From positions 2,313 through 66,312 of the forward strand of contig CAYGDW010000003.1 in assembly GCA_964348755.1 (NCBI GenBank): a DNA stretch of 64,000 nt. Direction: 5' to 3'. Positions 28,204-38,020 of the stretch are shown here, in pieces. The translations under genes were made by a program, and so were the position numbers. This DNA comes from an uncultured Bacteroidales bacterium. GTDB lineage: Bacteria > Bacteroidota > Bacteroidia > Bacteroidales > UBA7960. Position 1 is the first letter of the stretch, and every line of letters begins with the position of its first letter. Under the pieces are notes generated by a model. It searched no databases. It worked only from the letters and a program-made list of their open reading frames with translations, and was not told where the DNA came from.

Positions 28204-28366
28204 AACATTGCAGATTTTACAATTTTGCAAAAATTGATAGCTTTGCTAATCCCCAACTGAGCGGAGTTATGAGCGGCATTACAAATGCTGCTCAGCCCGG
28301 GGAGTTTGTGCTTTGCGGCTTATTGCATTTTACTGCTTGCTGGCATCTTCCTGCTACCGCTTCCTA

Positions 28367-30028
28367 CTACCTCATACCACTGCCTTCTACCTCCTGCTGG
28401 TTGCCTCCCCTGTCAATCCATTTTCGCGAAAGCATAACAAGCAACAATAACGCACTGAAGAATACTGACATTTTGCCCAACATATTTCCCTGCTTGGCAT
28501 AGTAGGTAAGCTTGTTGTTTTGGTTTACGGTTCCTCGTATGGCCGTTGTTTCCCACCAGCCAGTTTTTTGCAGCACCTTGCCTTTTTGGTCAATGAAAGA
28601 AGAAAATCCGGTACTTGCTGCCCGCACCACCGGCCGTCTGAACTCAATAGCCCTGAGGCGGGCAAACTCATGGTGCTGCCGGTGACCGGGTGTGTTGCGC
28701 CACCAGCCGTCGTTGGTCAGCACAAAAATCATGGTGGCTCCCCCGCGCATGAACCCGCTCATAAAATCACCATAAATCGACTCGTAGCATATTACCGGAG
28801 CAATAACAGGCTGTCCTGGTCCGCTTTCAAAAACTCCGCGATGCTCCTGGGTGCCCAAGCTTCCGGCAGTGCCCCCCAGGGCCTCTACCAGCCTGCCAAT
28901 GGGTCGTATAACCCTAAAAAAAGGCATGCGCTCTATGCCCGGCACAAGCATCGATTTGTGGTAGGTTTCAAATTGCTCTTGCGGCCCTATCATAACCGCC
29001 GAATTATACACATCGAAAAAATCGTTGGTACCCTCAATTTGCCTGGCTGTTGGCGATGACTGCCTGCCATTTTTGTATAGCTGGTACGTAAAACTGCCCG
29101 TTACCCACTTAAGCCCCGGGTAAAAGCCTAGCAAATCCCTGATTTGCATTACCCCCATGTTGAAGTTTTGCTGGTGCAGCCAAATACCTTCGGGCAAGGC
29201 AGCTTCGGGCGAAGCCACAAAACGGGTTTGGGGGGTAATGAGTTCGCGGGCCAGGGTGGTCAGCAGTTCAACGCGTGCAACAGTTTCCCGGGGCGTGCGT
29301 GCTGGTTGGTACGGGTCGTGCGATGGCTGAACCACAACCACCTCAACCGGGTCGTGCTTTTCGGTAAAGCTATGATACATGGCCAACGAAACAAACAATG
29401 GAATAAGCAAAGCTGAAGTAGCGAGCGCTCCAAGCCAGCGCAGCCGCTTCACTAATTTTTTGGGCTTCAACCACTCTTTGATGAGCAAAAACAGCAGCAT
29501 GTTTACCAGCAATACCCACAGGGCGCCGCCAGAGGTGCCCGTAAATTCGTACCACTGCACCCAGCGGGGCCATGAGGCAAACACGTTGCCCAGGTCGAGC
29601 CAGTTCCAGCTCAAATCCCATTTGGTGTGCAGGTATTCGAAACCCAGCCAGAAAAAAATAACCGGCAAAGACCCCTGGCGCTCCGGAAGCATTCGCCTGA
29701 AAGCGTGCATAAGCCACCACGGAATGGCCATAAACAGCGAGTTGAGCACCACCGCCGTAATCATGCCCGGAATGGTTGCAAATACAATCCACCAGGTAGT
29801 GAGCAGGTTAAAGACAAAAAAAGCAAGCCAGGCATACAAAAAAAAGCCGGCGCTGCGCCGCTGCTGTCTTTGGTTCAGCATTATGTTTTCGGCAAAAAAC
29901 AAAGGTACCAAGGCCACAAAGGCAAGCACGGGAAGCCCCCGCGCAGGCCAGCTTGCACTAAGGAGCAATCCCGTGCAAAGGCTCAGCAACAACAAGCGGC
30001 GGGTTCGGAAAAAATTTAACAGAATCAT
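28367..30028 (-). CDS. lnt: Apolipoprotein N-acyltransferase
   Basis: An N-terminal multi-TM region followed by a CN-hydrolase domain with catalytic Cys in 'APVICYESIYGDF'. Confidence 0.85.
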   Translation of the reverse strand: MILLNFFRTRRLLLLSLCTGLLLSASWPARGLPVLAFVALVPLFFAENIMLNQRQQRRSAGFFLYAWLAFFVFNLLTTWWIVFATIPGMITAVVLNSLFMAIPWWLMHAFRRMLPERQGSLPVIFFWLGFEYLHTKWDLSWNWLDLGNVFASWPRWVQWYEFTGTSGGALWVLLVNMLLFLLIKEWLKPKKLVKRLRWLGALATSALLIPLFVSLAMYHSFTEKHDPVEVVVVQPSHDPYQPARTPRETVARVELLTTLARELITPQTRFVASPEAALPEGIWLHQQNFNMGVMQIRDLLGFYPGLKWVTGSFTYQLYKNGRQSSPTARQIEGTNDFFDVYNSAVMIGPQEQFETYHKSMLVPGIERMPFFRVIRPIGRLVEALGGTAGSLGTQEHRGVFESGPGQPVIAPVICYESIYGDFMSGFMRGGATMIFVLTNDGWWRNTPGHRQHHEFARLRAIEFRRPVVRAASTGFSSFIDQKGKVLQKTGWWETTAIRGTVNQNNKLTYYAKQGNMLGKMSVFFSALLLLVMLSRKWIDRGGNQQEVEGSGMR

Positions 30029-30109
30029 ACGTACTAATTTATACCCTAAAATTACAATAATTTGGTTTTTTGCCCCGCTTAGGGCACAGCATAATCATTT
30101 TATTACAAA

Positions 30110-30140
30110 TACCTGATTTAAACTTTGTTTAAAACAGGTA
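30110..30140 (+). promoter_or_regulatory. Imperfect palindrome, candidate TetR operator
   Basis: TACCTGATTTAAA-CTTTG-TTTAAAACAGGTA, with arms matching in 12 of 13 positions. It overlaps the -33 TTTG of the tetR promoter. Confidence 0.35.
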
Positions 30141-30146
30141 TTTTCC

Positions 30147-30154
30147 TACTTTTG
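30147..30154 (+). promoter_or_regulatory. Candidate -7 box (TACTTTTG) with a -33 TTTG at 30124-30127
   Basis: TAnnTTTG lies 19 nt downstream of a TTTG and 20 nt upstream of ATG 30174. Confidence 0.4.
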
Positions 30155-30173
30155 AGGTGCAATAATACACAAG

Positions 30174-30779
30174 ATGGTTAAGAGCAAAAATACCGAACAG
30201 AAAATTTTCGATGCAGCCACCGAGCTATTCCTCGAAAAAGGCGTTGACCGCACCTCGGTGCGCGAAATTGCCAATAAGGCAGGCATTAATCTGGCGCTGA
30301 TGAATTATTATTTCCGCTCGAAGGAAAACCTTTTCGATGCCATTTTTACCATGCTGGTGCAAAAAAACACACGTAAGCTCGGCCGTATTCTCGACAGCGA
30401 AATGGGCCTTGAGGAAAAAATCAGGGCTTATGTTGAGGCCTATATTGATATGCTTTCCGAAAATCCGTTGCTGGTTTCGTTTGTAATGGCCATTGTGCAT
30501 CGCAGCCAGGATCGCATCACTCAGCTAAAGGCCATAAGCAGCCTGTACAGCACGCCAAAATTTGCCCAGCAAATTTATGAAGAGAGCAAAAAAGGCACCA
30601 TTAGGCACACCAGCCCCACACAACTTTTTGTCGATATGCTTTCGCTGATAACCTTTCCGTTTGCCATAAAATTTTTGATACAAGACCGCACCGGCTACGA
30701 CGAAGAGCAGTTCAAGGCATTTATACAGGAGCGAAAAATACGTATTCCTGATCTGTTGCTTTCGAGCCTGAAACCCTAA
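30174..30779 (+). CDS. TetR/AcrR family transcriptional regulator
   Basis: N-terminal TetR HTH 'IFDAATELFLEKGVDRTSVREIANKAGINLALMNYYFRSKENLF'. Confidence 0.85.
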   Translation: MVKSKNTEQKIFDAATELFLEKGVDRTSVREIANKAGINLALMNYYFRSKENLFDAIFTMLVQKNTRKLGRILDSEMGLEEKIRAYVEAYIDMLSENPLLVSFVMAIVHRSQDRITQLKAISSLYSTPKFAQQIYEESKKGTIRHTSPTQLFVDMLSLITFPFAIKFLIQDRTGYDEEQFKAFIQERKIRIPDLLLSSLKP

Positions 30780-30790
30780 GAACCTGACTG

Positions 30791-31753
30791 TTAGCCGGTT
30801 TGTTCTTCCGGGGCGGCGGTTGCTGTCATAATGTTATCTTTTAGTTTTTCGAATTTAACGCGTGCCATTGCTGACAATTGCTTCTTCAGCATAAGCTTAA
30901 ATTGCTGTTTGTCAATGTTTTTCCATTGCAGGCTTCCCCATTGGGCTATTGCAGGCAGTGGTTCAAAGGCCTTCAGGTTTGTGGGTACAGCAAATCTGTT
31001 GTGTGGGCATACGTCCTGACAAATGTCGCATCCAAAAATCCTTCCTTTCATTTTGCCCCTAAAAGTTGCTGGTATCTGTTCTTTCATTTCAATGGTGAGG
31101 TAAGAGATGCATCGCCTTGCATCGATGGTTTTTGGGGCAATGATAGCCTGTGTAGGGCAGGCATCGATACAGCGGGTACAATTGCCGCAGTAATCATTTT
31201 CGAATGCCTTTGAGGGCGCCAGTTCTATGTTGGTTATGATTTCTCCTAAAAAATAAAAACTTCCCTTACGGGGAATTATCAGGCAGGCATTTTTGCCTAT
31301 CCATCCAATTCCTGCTTCAACGGCCCATGCCCTTTCCAAAACCGGGGCACTGTCGGTAAAAACCCTTCCCCGATGGTCAGGAGCCATTTGCATGAGTATT
31401 ACTGAAAGCTGCCTGAGTTTTTCTTTCATTACAAAATGATAGTCAATGCCTTGCGCATATTTCGAAACAACGGGGCTGCATCCGGGGTTTTGCTTCTTTT
31501 CAGGAAAATAATTAAGGGCTACAACAATTACCGAGCGTGCACCTTCAACCAATAATCGCGGATCGAGCCTTTCAGGGATATGGTTGCCCATATAGGCCAT
31601 GGTTCCGTTAAGGCCTTTTTTTAACCACTGTGCAAAAGCCTGCTCGTATTTGTGGAGTTTTTGGGCGCTTGCAATGCCGCATACTTCAAAGCCCAGGGCA
31701 ATGGCTTCGAGTTTTATTTTATTTGCATTTATTTCGGGGGTGGAGGCTTGCAT
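30791..31753 (-). CDS. queG: tRNA epoxyqueuosine(34) reductase
   Basis: Two ferredoxin-type clusters, 'CGNCTRCIDACPT' and 'CDICQDVCPHN', plus a QueG-typical N-terminal region. Confidence 0.9.
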   Translation of the reverse strand: MQASTPEINANKIKLEAIALGFEVCGIASAQKLHKYEQAFAQWLKKGLNGTMAYMGNHIPERLDPRLLVEGARSVIVVALNYFPEKKQNPGCSPVVSKYAQGIDYHFVMKEKLRQLSVILMQMAPDHRGRVFTDSAPVLERAWAVEAGIGWIGKNACLIIPRKGSFYFLGEIITNIELAPSKAFENDYCGNCTRCIDACPTQAIIAPKTIDARRCISYLTIEMKEQIPATFRGKMKGRIFGCDICQDVCPHNRFAVPTNLKAFEPLPAIAQWGSLQWKNIDKQQFKLMLKKQLSAMARVKFEKLKDNIMTATAAPEEQTG

Positions 31754-31763
31754 AGGCCGCCGG

Positions 31764-32822
31764 TTAATCGAAAAGAGTGCCTGGTGCGGGGGTCTTTTTA
31801 CGGCCCAAGTGGCTATAGGCCAGCGCGGTGGCTTCGCGACCTCGCGGGGTGCGCATAAGGTAGCCTTCCTGTATCAAAAAAGGCTCATACACCTCTTCTA
31901 TGGTGCCTGGGTCTTCGCCTACAGCGGTGGCCACATTGTTGAGGCCCACAGGCCCGCCTTTAAATTTGTCAATTATTGTTGAGAGTATCCGGTTATCCAT
32001 TTCGTCGAGACCGTACTTGTCAACATTCAGGGCGGCGAGGCCATAATGTGCAATGCCAATATCGATGCTGCCGTTTCCTTTTACCTGGGCAAAGTCGCGC
32101 ACCCTTCGAAGCAGGGCATTAGCAATGCGCGGAGTGCCCCGGCTGCGCCCGGCAATTTCGCGGGCCGCCTCTTCGGTAATGCTTACCTTTAGTATGCCAG
32201 CCGAGCGTTTTACAATGGTGGTTAGCAGCGCTGCATCGTAGTAGTTGAGCCTTGCGTTTATACCAAAACGGGCCCGAAGGGGCGAGGTAAGAAGACCCGA
32301 GCGGGTGGTGGCCCCTATCAATGTAAACGGGTGCAGGTTTATTTGCACGCTGCGGGCATTGGGGCCTGTTTCTATCATTATATCAATCTTAAAATCTTCC
32401 ATGGCCGAATACAAATACTCTTCAACCACGGGGCTGAGGCGATGTATTTCGTCGATAAACAGCACATCGGCAGTTTCGAGGTTGGTGAGCAGCCCCGCCA
32501 GATCGCCCGGCTTGTCTAATACCGGACCGGAAGTAACTTTAATGCCGGCGCCCATTTCGTTGGCAATGATATGTGCCAGGGTGGTTTTTCCCAGGCCCGG
32601 AGGACCGTGTAGCAACACATGATCGAGCGCCTCGCCGCGCTGCCGGGCAGCCCCTACAAACACCTTCAGGTTTTCTACTACCCCGTGCTGGCCAGTAAAG
32701 CCCGAAAAACTGGCTGGCCTGAGCGCACGCTCAAACTCACGCTCGGCTGGCGTAAGCTGGCTGCCTTCCGGGTCCAGATATATGTTTTTGGGCAATTCTT
32801 TCGATGGTGGCATAACGTGCAA
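31764..32822 (-). CDS. ruvB: Holliday junction branch-migration helicase RuvB
   Basis: '[12 protein letters not shown]', Walker A 'GPPGLGKTT', 'LFIDEIHRL', and 'RTPRG' near the C terminus. Confidence 0.95.
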   Translation of the reverse strand: MHVMPPSKELPKNIYLDPEGSQLTPAEREFERALRPASFSGFTGQHGVVENLKVFVGAARQRGEALDHVLLHGPPGLGKTTLAHIIANEMGAGIKVTSGPVLDKPGDLAGLLTNLETADVLFIDEIHRLSPVVEEYLYSAMEDFKIDIMIETGPNARSVQINLHPFTLIGATTRSGLLTSPLRARFGINARLNYYDAALLTTIVKRSAGILKVSITEEAAREIAGRSRGTPRIANALLRRVRDFAQVKGNGSIDIGIAHYGLAALNVDKYGLDEMDNRILSTIIDKFKGGPVGLNNVATAVGEDPGTIEEVYEPFLIQEGYLMRTPRGREATALAYSHLGRKKTPAPGTLFD

Positions 32823-32923
32823 ATTTAAACATAAATCGGTTGAACCACATACGCTATCTTTAATTCAAAAAATGAAACCCTTTTTTGAGCTAATTCCTTA
32901 TCTTTACCTTTTACAACCCAACC

Positions 32924-33913
32924 ATGAGCCATGCCTCACTCATAGAGCGTATCTTCTCGATCGAAGGGCCGGACGATTTTGATTCTCTTGCCCTCGATGT
33001 TTTCAGGCACCAGTATTTTCACAACAAAATTTATCGCGATTTTTGCGAGGCGCTCAAGAAAAACCCAAGCAACACCCATACCCTCGGGCAAATTCCATTT
33101 CTACCGGTTTCGTTCTTTCAAAACCACAGGGTGGTGGCTTACGATACCAGCCACGAGCGGGTATTTACCAGCTCGGGCACCACCGGCAGCACCCCCTCAA
33201 AACACTATGTTTACGACACGGCCATTTACGAAGCCAGCTTCCTTAGGTGTTTCAGAAGATTTTACGGCCCGCCTTCCAATTATTGCATTTTAGCCTTGCT
33301 GCCAGGCTACCTCGAGCGCAGTGGCTCGTCGCTCGTATATATGGTCGATGCACTGGCTGGCCTTAGCGGCAACCCCAATAGCGGCTTTTACCTTTACGAC
33401 CTGGCCGCCCTGTCGCAAAAACTCAGCCAGCTACATAGCAAGGGGCAGCCCATAATGCTGATTGGCGTTTCTTTTGCCCTGCTCGACCTGGCCGCCAGCC
33501 ATCCGCAACCTATTCGCAATGCTATAATAATGGAAACCGGAGGCATGAAAGGCCGCCGCCGCGAGCTGGTGCGCGAGGAATTGCACCAAATCCTTATGAA
33601 AGCCTTCGGGGTTGAAAGCATTCATTCAGAATACGGCATGACCGAACTATTCTCGCAGGCTTACTCAAAAGGTCAGGGGATATTTGAATGCCCTCCCTGG
33701 ATGAAAGTGCTGATTCGCGACACCAACGACCCCCTTAGCCCGCTGCCACACGGACAAACCGGAGGCCTAAACGTAATTGACCTGGCAAACCTGCACTCGT
33801 GCAGCTTTATAGAAACACAAGACCTGGGAAAAATACAGCCCGACGGGAGGTTTGAAGTGCTGGGGCGCTTCGACAACAGCGAGGTAAGGGGCTGCAACCT
33901 TTTGGTGGAATAG
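32924..33913 (+). CDS. LuxE/PaaK-like acyl-adenylate-forming enzyme (usually annotated 'acyl transferase')
   Basis: 'FTSSGTTGSTPSKH' is an AMP-binding P-loop-like motif, followed by a C-terminal 'GRFDNSEVRGCN'. The assignment is at family level only. Confidence 0.6.
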   Translation: MSHASLIERIFSIEGPDDFDSLALDVFRHQYFHNKIYRDFCEALKKNPSNTHTLGQIPFLPVSFFQNHRVVAYDTSHERVFTSSGTTGSTPSKHYVYDTAIYEASFLRCFRRFYGPPSNYCILALLPGYLERSGSSLVYMVDALAGLSGNPNSGFYLYDLAALSQKLSQLHSKGQPIMLIGVSFALLDLAASHPQPIRNAIIMETGGMKGRRRELVREELHQILMKAFGVESIHSEYGMTELFSQAYSKGQGIFECPPWMKVLIRDTNDPLSPLPHGQTGGLNVIDLANLHSCSFIETQDLGKIQPDGRFEVLGRFDNSEVRGCNLLVE

Positions 33914-33979
33914 AGGGTAAAGGGTAACCGGTAATGGGTAACCAGTCACGAACCTTAGGGATCACAGATCGCCAGTGCT

Positions 33980-35182
33980 TTACATTACCACCCTGCTTGT
34001 GGTTCGGGCAAAGCCGTCGGTAACGCGTATTACCACTGCGCCTTCGGGGGCGGGTATCATTAAGTTGTTTTCTACCTTGTGGCTGGAAAGGCGGTGACCA
34101 ATGAGGTTATACACCTCTACCTGGTAAATGCCATCGTTGGGCACGGCTATGACCCAGTGACTGTGCTGCTTTACCACCTTAAACTCAAGCCCATTCATGC
34201 CAAGGTCGTAATGCACGGCTATGGGCCTGAAATATTCGAATTTGCCATCGAAGTCGGTTTGTTTCAGGCGGTAATAGGCCACCCCATCGAGCGGGCGGGT
34301 ATCGTTGAAGCTGTAGCTCAAAGGTATGCTGCTGTTGCCGGCACCCTGCACATGGCCAAGCACCTCCCAGCCGTACAGGTCGCGGCTGCGCTCAATGGTA
34401 AAATAGTCGTTGTTGATCTCAGTGCCGGTGGTCCAGCGAAGATCAATACGGTCGGGTCGGGCCTGAGCACCAAAAGAAAGCAACTCAATAGGAAGAATGA
34501 TGCCACCCGCAGACGGAGAAGTTGAGGTGCAACTGCTTGGGCTTGATCCATACCTCCAATTATCTGAAATAAAAGGAGGATAACCCTGTTGATTCATTAT
34601 ATAACCTTGAGCATTAGGGTCACTGGAGGTAATGCAAAGGTTGGCTGACTTCCCTTCTATCCGGTTTACGGTAAGCAATCCGTCGATATTTAAAACCACA
34701 TTATTTCTAGCATTCAAAACATCAAGAGTAAAACTACCTCCTGGACACACAACAATATTTACGTTGTTTAGCTGTTGATAATCACCATCGGCAAGGATAA
34801 GTGTGCCAAGGGTTAAGCTTCCGCAAATTACCAGGGTTACATTGTTTTGCAAACTTAAACTCGATACATAAACGTGTGTACCAGCCTGTATTTCAATATA
34901 AATTTGATTGGTGTTATTATTAGGGTTTGGGGTAGGATCTGGAGCTATAATAACTCCACTGCCACCTCCGTCTTTACAAAGACTCCAAATTGATGAAGTA
35001 GAATGAACCCAGTTTACATTGCCCTGGTTTGGTCCGGCAATAAATGCATGATTACGGCCATCAAAATTTGTAATGTACGGATTAAGGCATATTTGTCCAT
35101 AAGAAAGTATAGGAACAACTGCCGGAAAGGTAGCGAATAAGAAATGCGAGATAAGGAATGGAAGGCGTAAAAATCTTTTCAT
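33980..35182 (-). CDS. Secreted protein of unknown function with a T9SS C-terminal sorting domain
   Basis: Signal peptide, a beta-helix-like repetitive middle, the module 'LLSFGAQARPDRIDLRWTTGTEINNDYFTIERS...YYRLKQTDFDGKFEY', and a terminal CTD-like 'YQVEVYNLIGHRL...VIRVTDG'. Confidence 0.7.
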   Translation of the reverse strand: MKRFLRLPFLISHFLFATFPAVVPILSYGQICLNPYITNFDGRNHAFIAGPNQGNVNWVHSTSSIWSLCKDGGGSGVIIAPDPTPNPNNNTNQIYIEIQAGTHVYVSSLSLQNNVTLVICGSLTLGTLILADGDYQQLNNVNIVVCPGGSFTLDVLNARNNVVLNIDGLLTVNRIEGKSANLCITSSDPNAQGYIMNQQGYPPFISDNWRYGSSPSSCTSTSPSAGGIILPIELLSFGAQARPDRIDLRWTTGTEINNDYFTIERSRDLYGWEVLGHVQGAGNSSIPLSYSFNDTRPLDGVAYYRLKQTDFDGKFEYFRPIAVHYDLGMNGLEFKVVKQHSHWVIAVPNDGIYQVEVYNLIGHRLSSHKVENNLMIPAPEGAVVIRVTDGFARTTSRVVM

Positions 35183-35455
35183 TATGGCCCTCCTTAATAA
35201 TTTTAAGTGAGATCAGAGCAGGTAAGGCAAAAGGCAAAATACCCATAAATATACAAAAAGGCTGGTGCTAAGGCAATTGGTATTATTACTGATTTATTAC
35301 CAGGTAATTTCCCCTGATTTAAATTAAGGGTATAGCAAAGCTATGCAATTTTTTTAATAATTGCAAGTTTTTACGATAAATTGTAAAATATTTTCGTTTT
35401 TTTGGCAAATTAACGCCGAGAATCTCTTTTCGCGTTTATTTCCGGCTTTTACCTT

Positions 35456-37492
35456 TTAATTTTGCAGGTAGCGTTCGAACCAGTTGAAAAGTTCATTGTA
35501 CCAGAAAATGGAGTTTTGTGGCGATAGTATCCAGTGGTTTTCGTTTGGGAAATACACCAGGCGGGCATCGAGGCCCATGCCCTTGTAAATGCCATATACC
35601 AGGAATGCGTGTGCCACGGGCACGCGGTAGTCGAGTTCGCCATGTATCACCAGCATGGGGGTTTTGAAGTTTTGGGCAAACTGCGATGGGTTCTGGCTGT
35701 TGAGCCTGTCGAAGTTTTCCCAGGGGGTGCCTCCGTATTGGAAACCACGGTTTCCTGAGTAGTCGCTGGCAAACTGCAGGTGCAGGTCGTACACCCCGGC
35801 GTGGTTTACCAGGGCAGCAAAACGGTTGGTATGCCCTGCGATCCAGCTCACCAAATATCCGCCGTAACTCCCGCCAGCAGCGGCCATTCGGTTTTCGTCA
35901 ACCAGGCCGCGCTCTATAAGATAGTCAGCAGCCTTCATTATGTCTTCGAAAGGTTTTTCGGCATGGCGGCCATGAATGCTTATTGCAAAGTCCTGACCGA
36001 AACTTGTTGACCCGTGGAAGTTTGGGAAGGCCACAATGTAACCGCGCGAGGCAAAGAGCTGGCTGTTCCAGCGGTAGTGCCAGAAGTCGCCAAAGGTACT
36101 GTGAGGCCCGCCATGTATCATCATTACCAGGGGGTATTTTTTCGATGGGTCATAATTGGGCGGGTAGTTAATGAACATCTGCACATCGGCGTTGTTGGCG
36201 CCCTTATAGGTTACGTTTTCGATGCGGCCAAAGTCGATCCTGGCAAGGATCTCATCGTTGAATGCGGTAAGTTTGGTCAGGCCGCCGCGGCGGCCTAAAT
36301 CGAGTCGGTAAATTTCGGCGGGGCTGTTCAGGTTGTGATGGCTGAAAACAAGGCTTTGGGGGCCTGCAAGTTTTGAGCCACTGTTGGTACCCCGGTGGAA
36401 GAGCCTTGTGTGCGGCCCTCCCGCTGCCGGGATGCTGAAAATGGATTGCATGGCCTGGTCTTCGGCAAGGAAAAATACTGTGCGCCCATCGGCCGACCAG
36501 AACCAGTCCTGGCAGCTCAGGTCGATATGCTGGGTAATGGAGCGGTGAGCGCCAGTTTGGGAGTCGTAAATGGTCATTACCACGCGGTCGGCATAAAAGT
36601 GGGGTATGCTTTGGCTGCCGTAAAGGATAAAGCGGCCATCGGGGCTGTACACGGGCTTGTTATCGTTGGCCACGTTGCCGGGGGAAATGTTGGTCATCTG
36701 CCCGCTGCCATCGGTAGCCAGCAAAAAGATGTCGTAATTGGTGCTGTCGTAGGGCGGCTCGGTTACATTCATGCTTACGGCAATGGTACGTCCATGGGGG
36801 GCAATGTCGTAGCTCACTCCGCCCATCATATCAAAATAATTAACCGTGTTGGGCATAAGGTCTGTAACTATGCCTGAGCTTAGCTCAAGGCTAAACAGGC
36901 GAGGGTAGTAGCCATCGGTAAGCCATCGGTCCCAGAAACGGTACATGGTGTTTTCAGTAACTTTGGCCGTTACCTTGCTTTCGCGCATTTTCCTTTGCAT
37001 TTCGCGAAGTTTATCCCAATTGCCATTGTACTCGGGCAGTATGTTTGCGGCAAAGGCCAGGCGCTGCCCATCGGGAAACCACTTGATGCCAAATACGCCA
37101 ACAGGTAGGTCGGTTACCTTTTGGGCCTCTCCGCCCTGAAGCGGAAGTACATAAACCTGCCCAGGCCCATCATGGCGGCGCGACACGAAAGCCAGTCGTG
37201 TGCCATCGGGGCTCCATACGGGTGAGCCTTCCTTGCCGCTGAAGGTGAGGCGCCGAAGCTCGCCGCTCTGATTGTTGACCAGATAAATGTCGGTTGAAGA
37301 AGTGTTGGCGGCAATGTCCCATTCAGTAACCGTAAAGGCTGAGAAATGGCCATCGGGCGAAACCTCGGGGTTACCCACCCGCTTCATCTGCCAAAGCAAT
37401 TCCGCGGTGATGGGGGTTTTGTCCTGGGCAATGAGGGGTTGCAGGGCAAAGGCGAAAATTATAATTGGGAGGAGGAGTTTGAAGATTTTCAT
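35456..37492 (-). CDS. S9 family serine peptidase (beta-propeller plus prolyl-oligopeptidase catalytic domain)
   Basis: Signal peptide, PD40/TolB-like repeats ('SPDG...' occurs several times), the nucleophile motif 'GGSYGG', and downstream Asp/His regions ('HGELDYRV', 'NENHW'). Confidence 0.85.
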   Translation of the reverse strand: MKIFKLLLPIIIFAFALQPLIAQDKTPITAELLWQMKRVGNPEVSPDGHFSAFTVTEWDIAANTSSTDIYLVNNQSGELRRLTFSGKEGSPVWSPDGTRLAFVSRRHDGPGQVYVLPLQGGEAQKVTDLPVGVFGIKWFPDGQRLAFAANILPEYNGNWDKLREMQRKMRESKVTAKVTENTMYRFWDRWLTDGYYPRLFSLELSSGIVTDLMPNTVNYFDMMGGVSYDIAPHGRTIAVSMNVTEPPYDSTNYDIFLLATDGSGQMTNISPGNVANDNKPVYSPDGRFILYGSQSIPHFYADRVVMTIYDSQTGAHRSITQHIDLSCQDWFWSADGRTVFFLAEDQAMQSIFSIPAAGGPHTRLFHRGTNSGSKLAGPQSLVFSHHNLNSPAEIYRLDLGRRGGLTKLTAFNDEILARIDFGRIENVTYKGANNADVQMFINYPPNYDPSKKYPLVMMIHGGPHSTFGDFWHYRWNSQLFASRGYIVAFPNFHGSTSFGQDFAISIHGRHAEKPFEDIMKAADYLIERGLVDENRMAAAGGSYGGYLVSWIAGHTNRFAALVNHAGVYDLHLQFASDYSGNRGFQYGGTPWENFDRLNSQNPSQFAQNFKTPMLVIHGELDYRVPVAHAFLVYGIYKGMGLDARLVYFPNENHWILSPQNSIFWYNELFNWFERYLQN

Positions 37493-37670
37493 GGGATTTG
37501 ATTTAAGAACAAGGATTACTTTCAGTAAGCTCGCTAAAAGCTCGGCTAACGATTTTTAATTTTAGATGTTGAATGAGGATTACACGGATTATTTTGGTGA
37601 TATTTTGTGTTTTTGAGTTTTAGTGGCCTGTTTTTTTCTCGTTAAGAACGCAAAACAATTTTTAAAAAGT

Positions 37671-38020
37671 CCAATAAGGTAGTAAGGTTCAGAGTTTATT
37701 CAGTTTTGTGTGGTTACTAAGGTAATAAGGATTAAATCTTCAACAAAATAAACCTGTGCAAATGAATTAAGTTTTTGAAATTACAAGTTATTTACCGATA
37801 TTAACAACATGAACAACAACAATGTCAAACATTTAAATCAACTTAGAATATTGGTTTGAGGGTCTAAAGAATGGGTAGTACTTTCATAACCCCGCCCTGC
37901 CAAATCTATTAAACCTAATTACCTTAGTAATAACTTAACAGCCCAACAACCAACTAAGCCTTATTAGCTTATTAACAGGCTCATTCTTTCCATAGCTTTT
38001 GAACCTTATTTCCTTATTAA
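37671..38020. repeat. Nested inverted repeats built from TAAGG-N3-TAAGG dyads, inside a 532-nt non-coding region
   Basis: CCAATAAGGTAGTAAGGTTC (37671-37690) matches the reverse complement of GAACCTTATTTCCTTATTAA (38001-38020) in 16 of 20 positions. GGTTACTAAGGTAATAAGGATT (37712-37733) matches the reverse complement of AACCTAATTACCTTAGTAATAA (37912-37933), including a 13-nt perfect core. A further related copy, AAGCCTTATTAGCTTATT, lies at 37957-37974. Confidence 0.5.

Noticed and set aside
29379-30116. 245-aa (and nested 130-aa) ORFs antisense to lnt
   Set aside because: These are shadow ORFs with a basic, low-complexity composition. The lnt assignment on the minus strand is solid.
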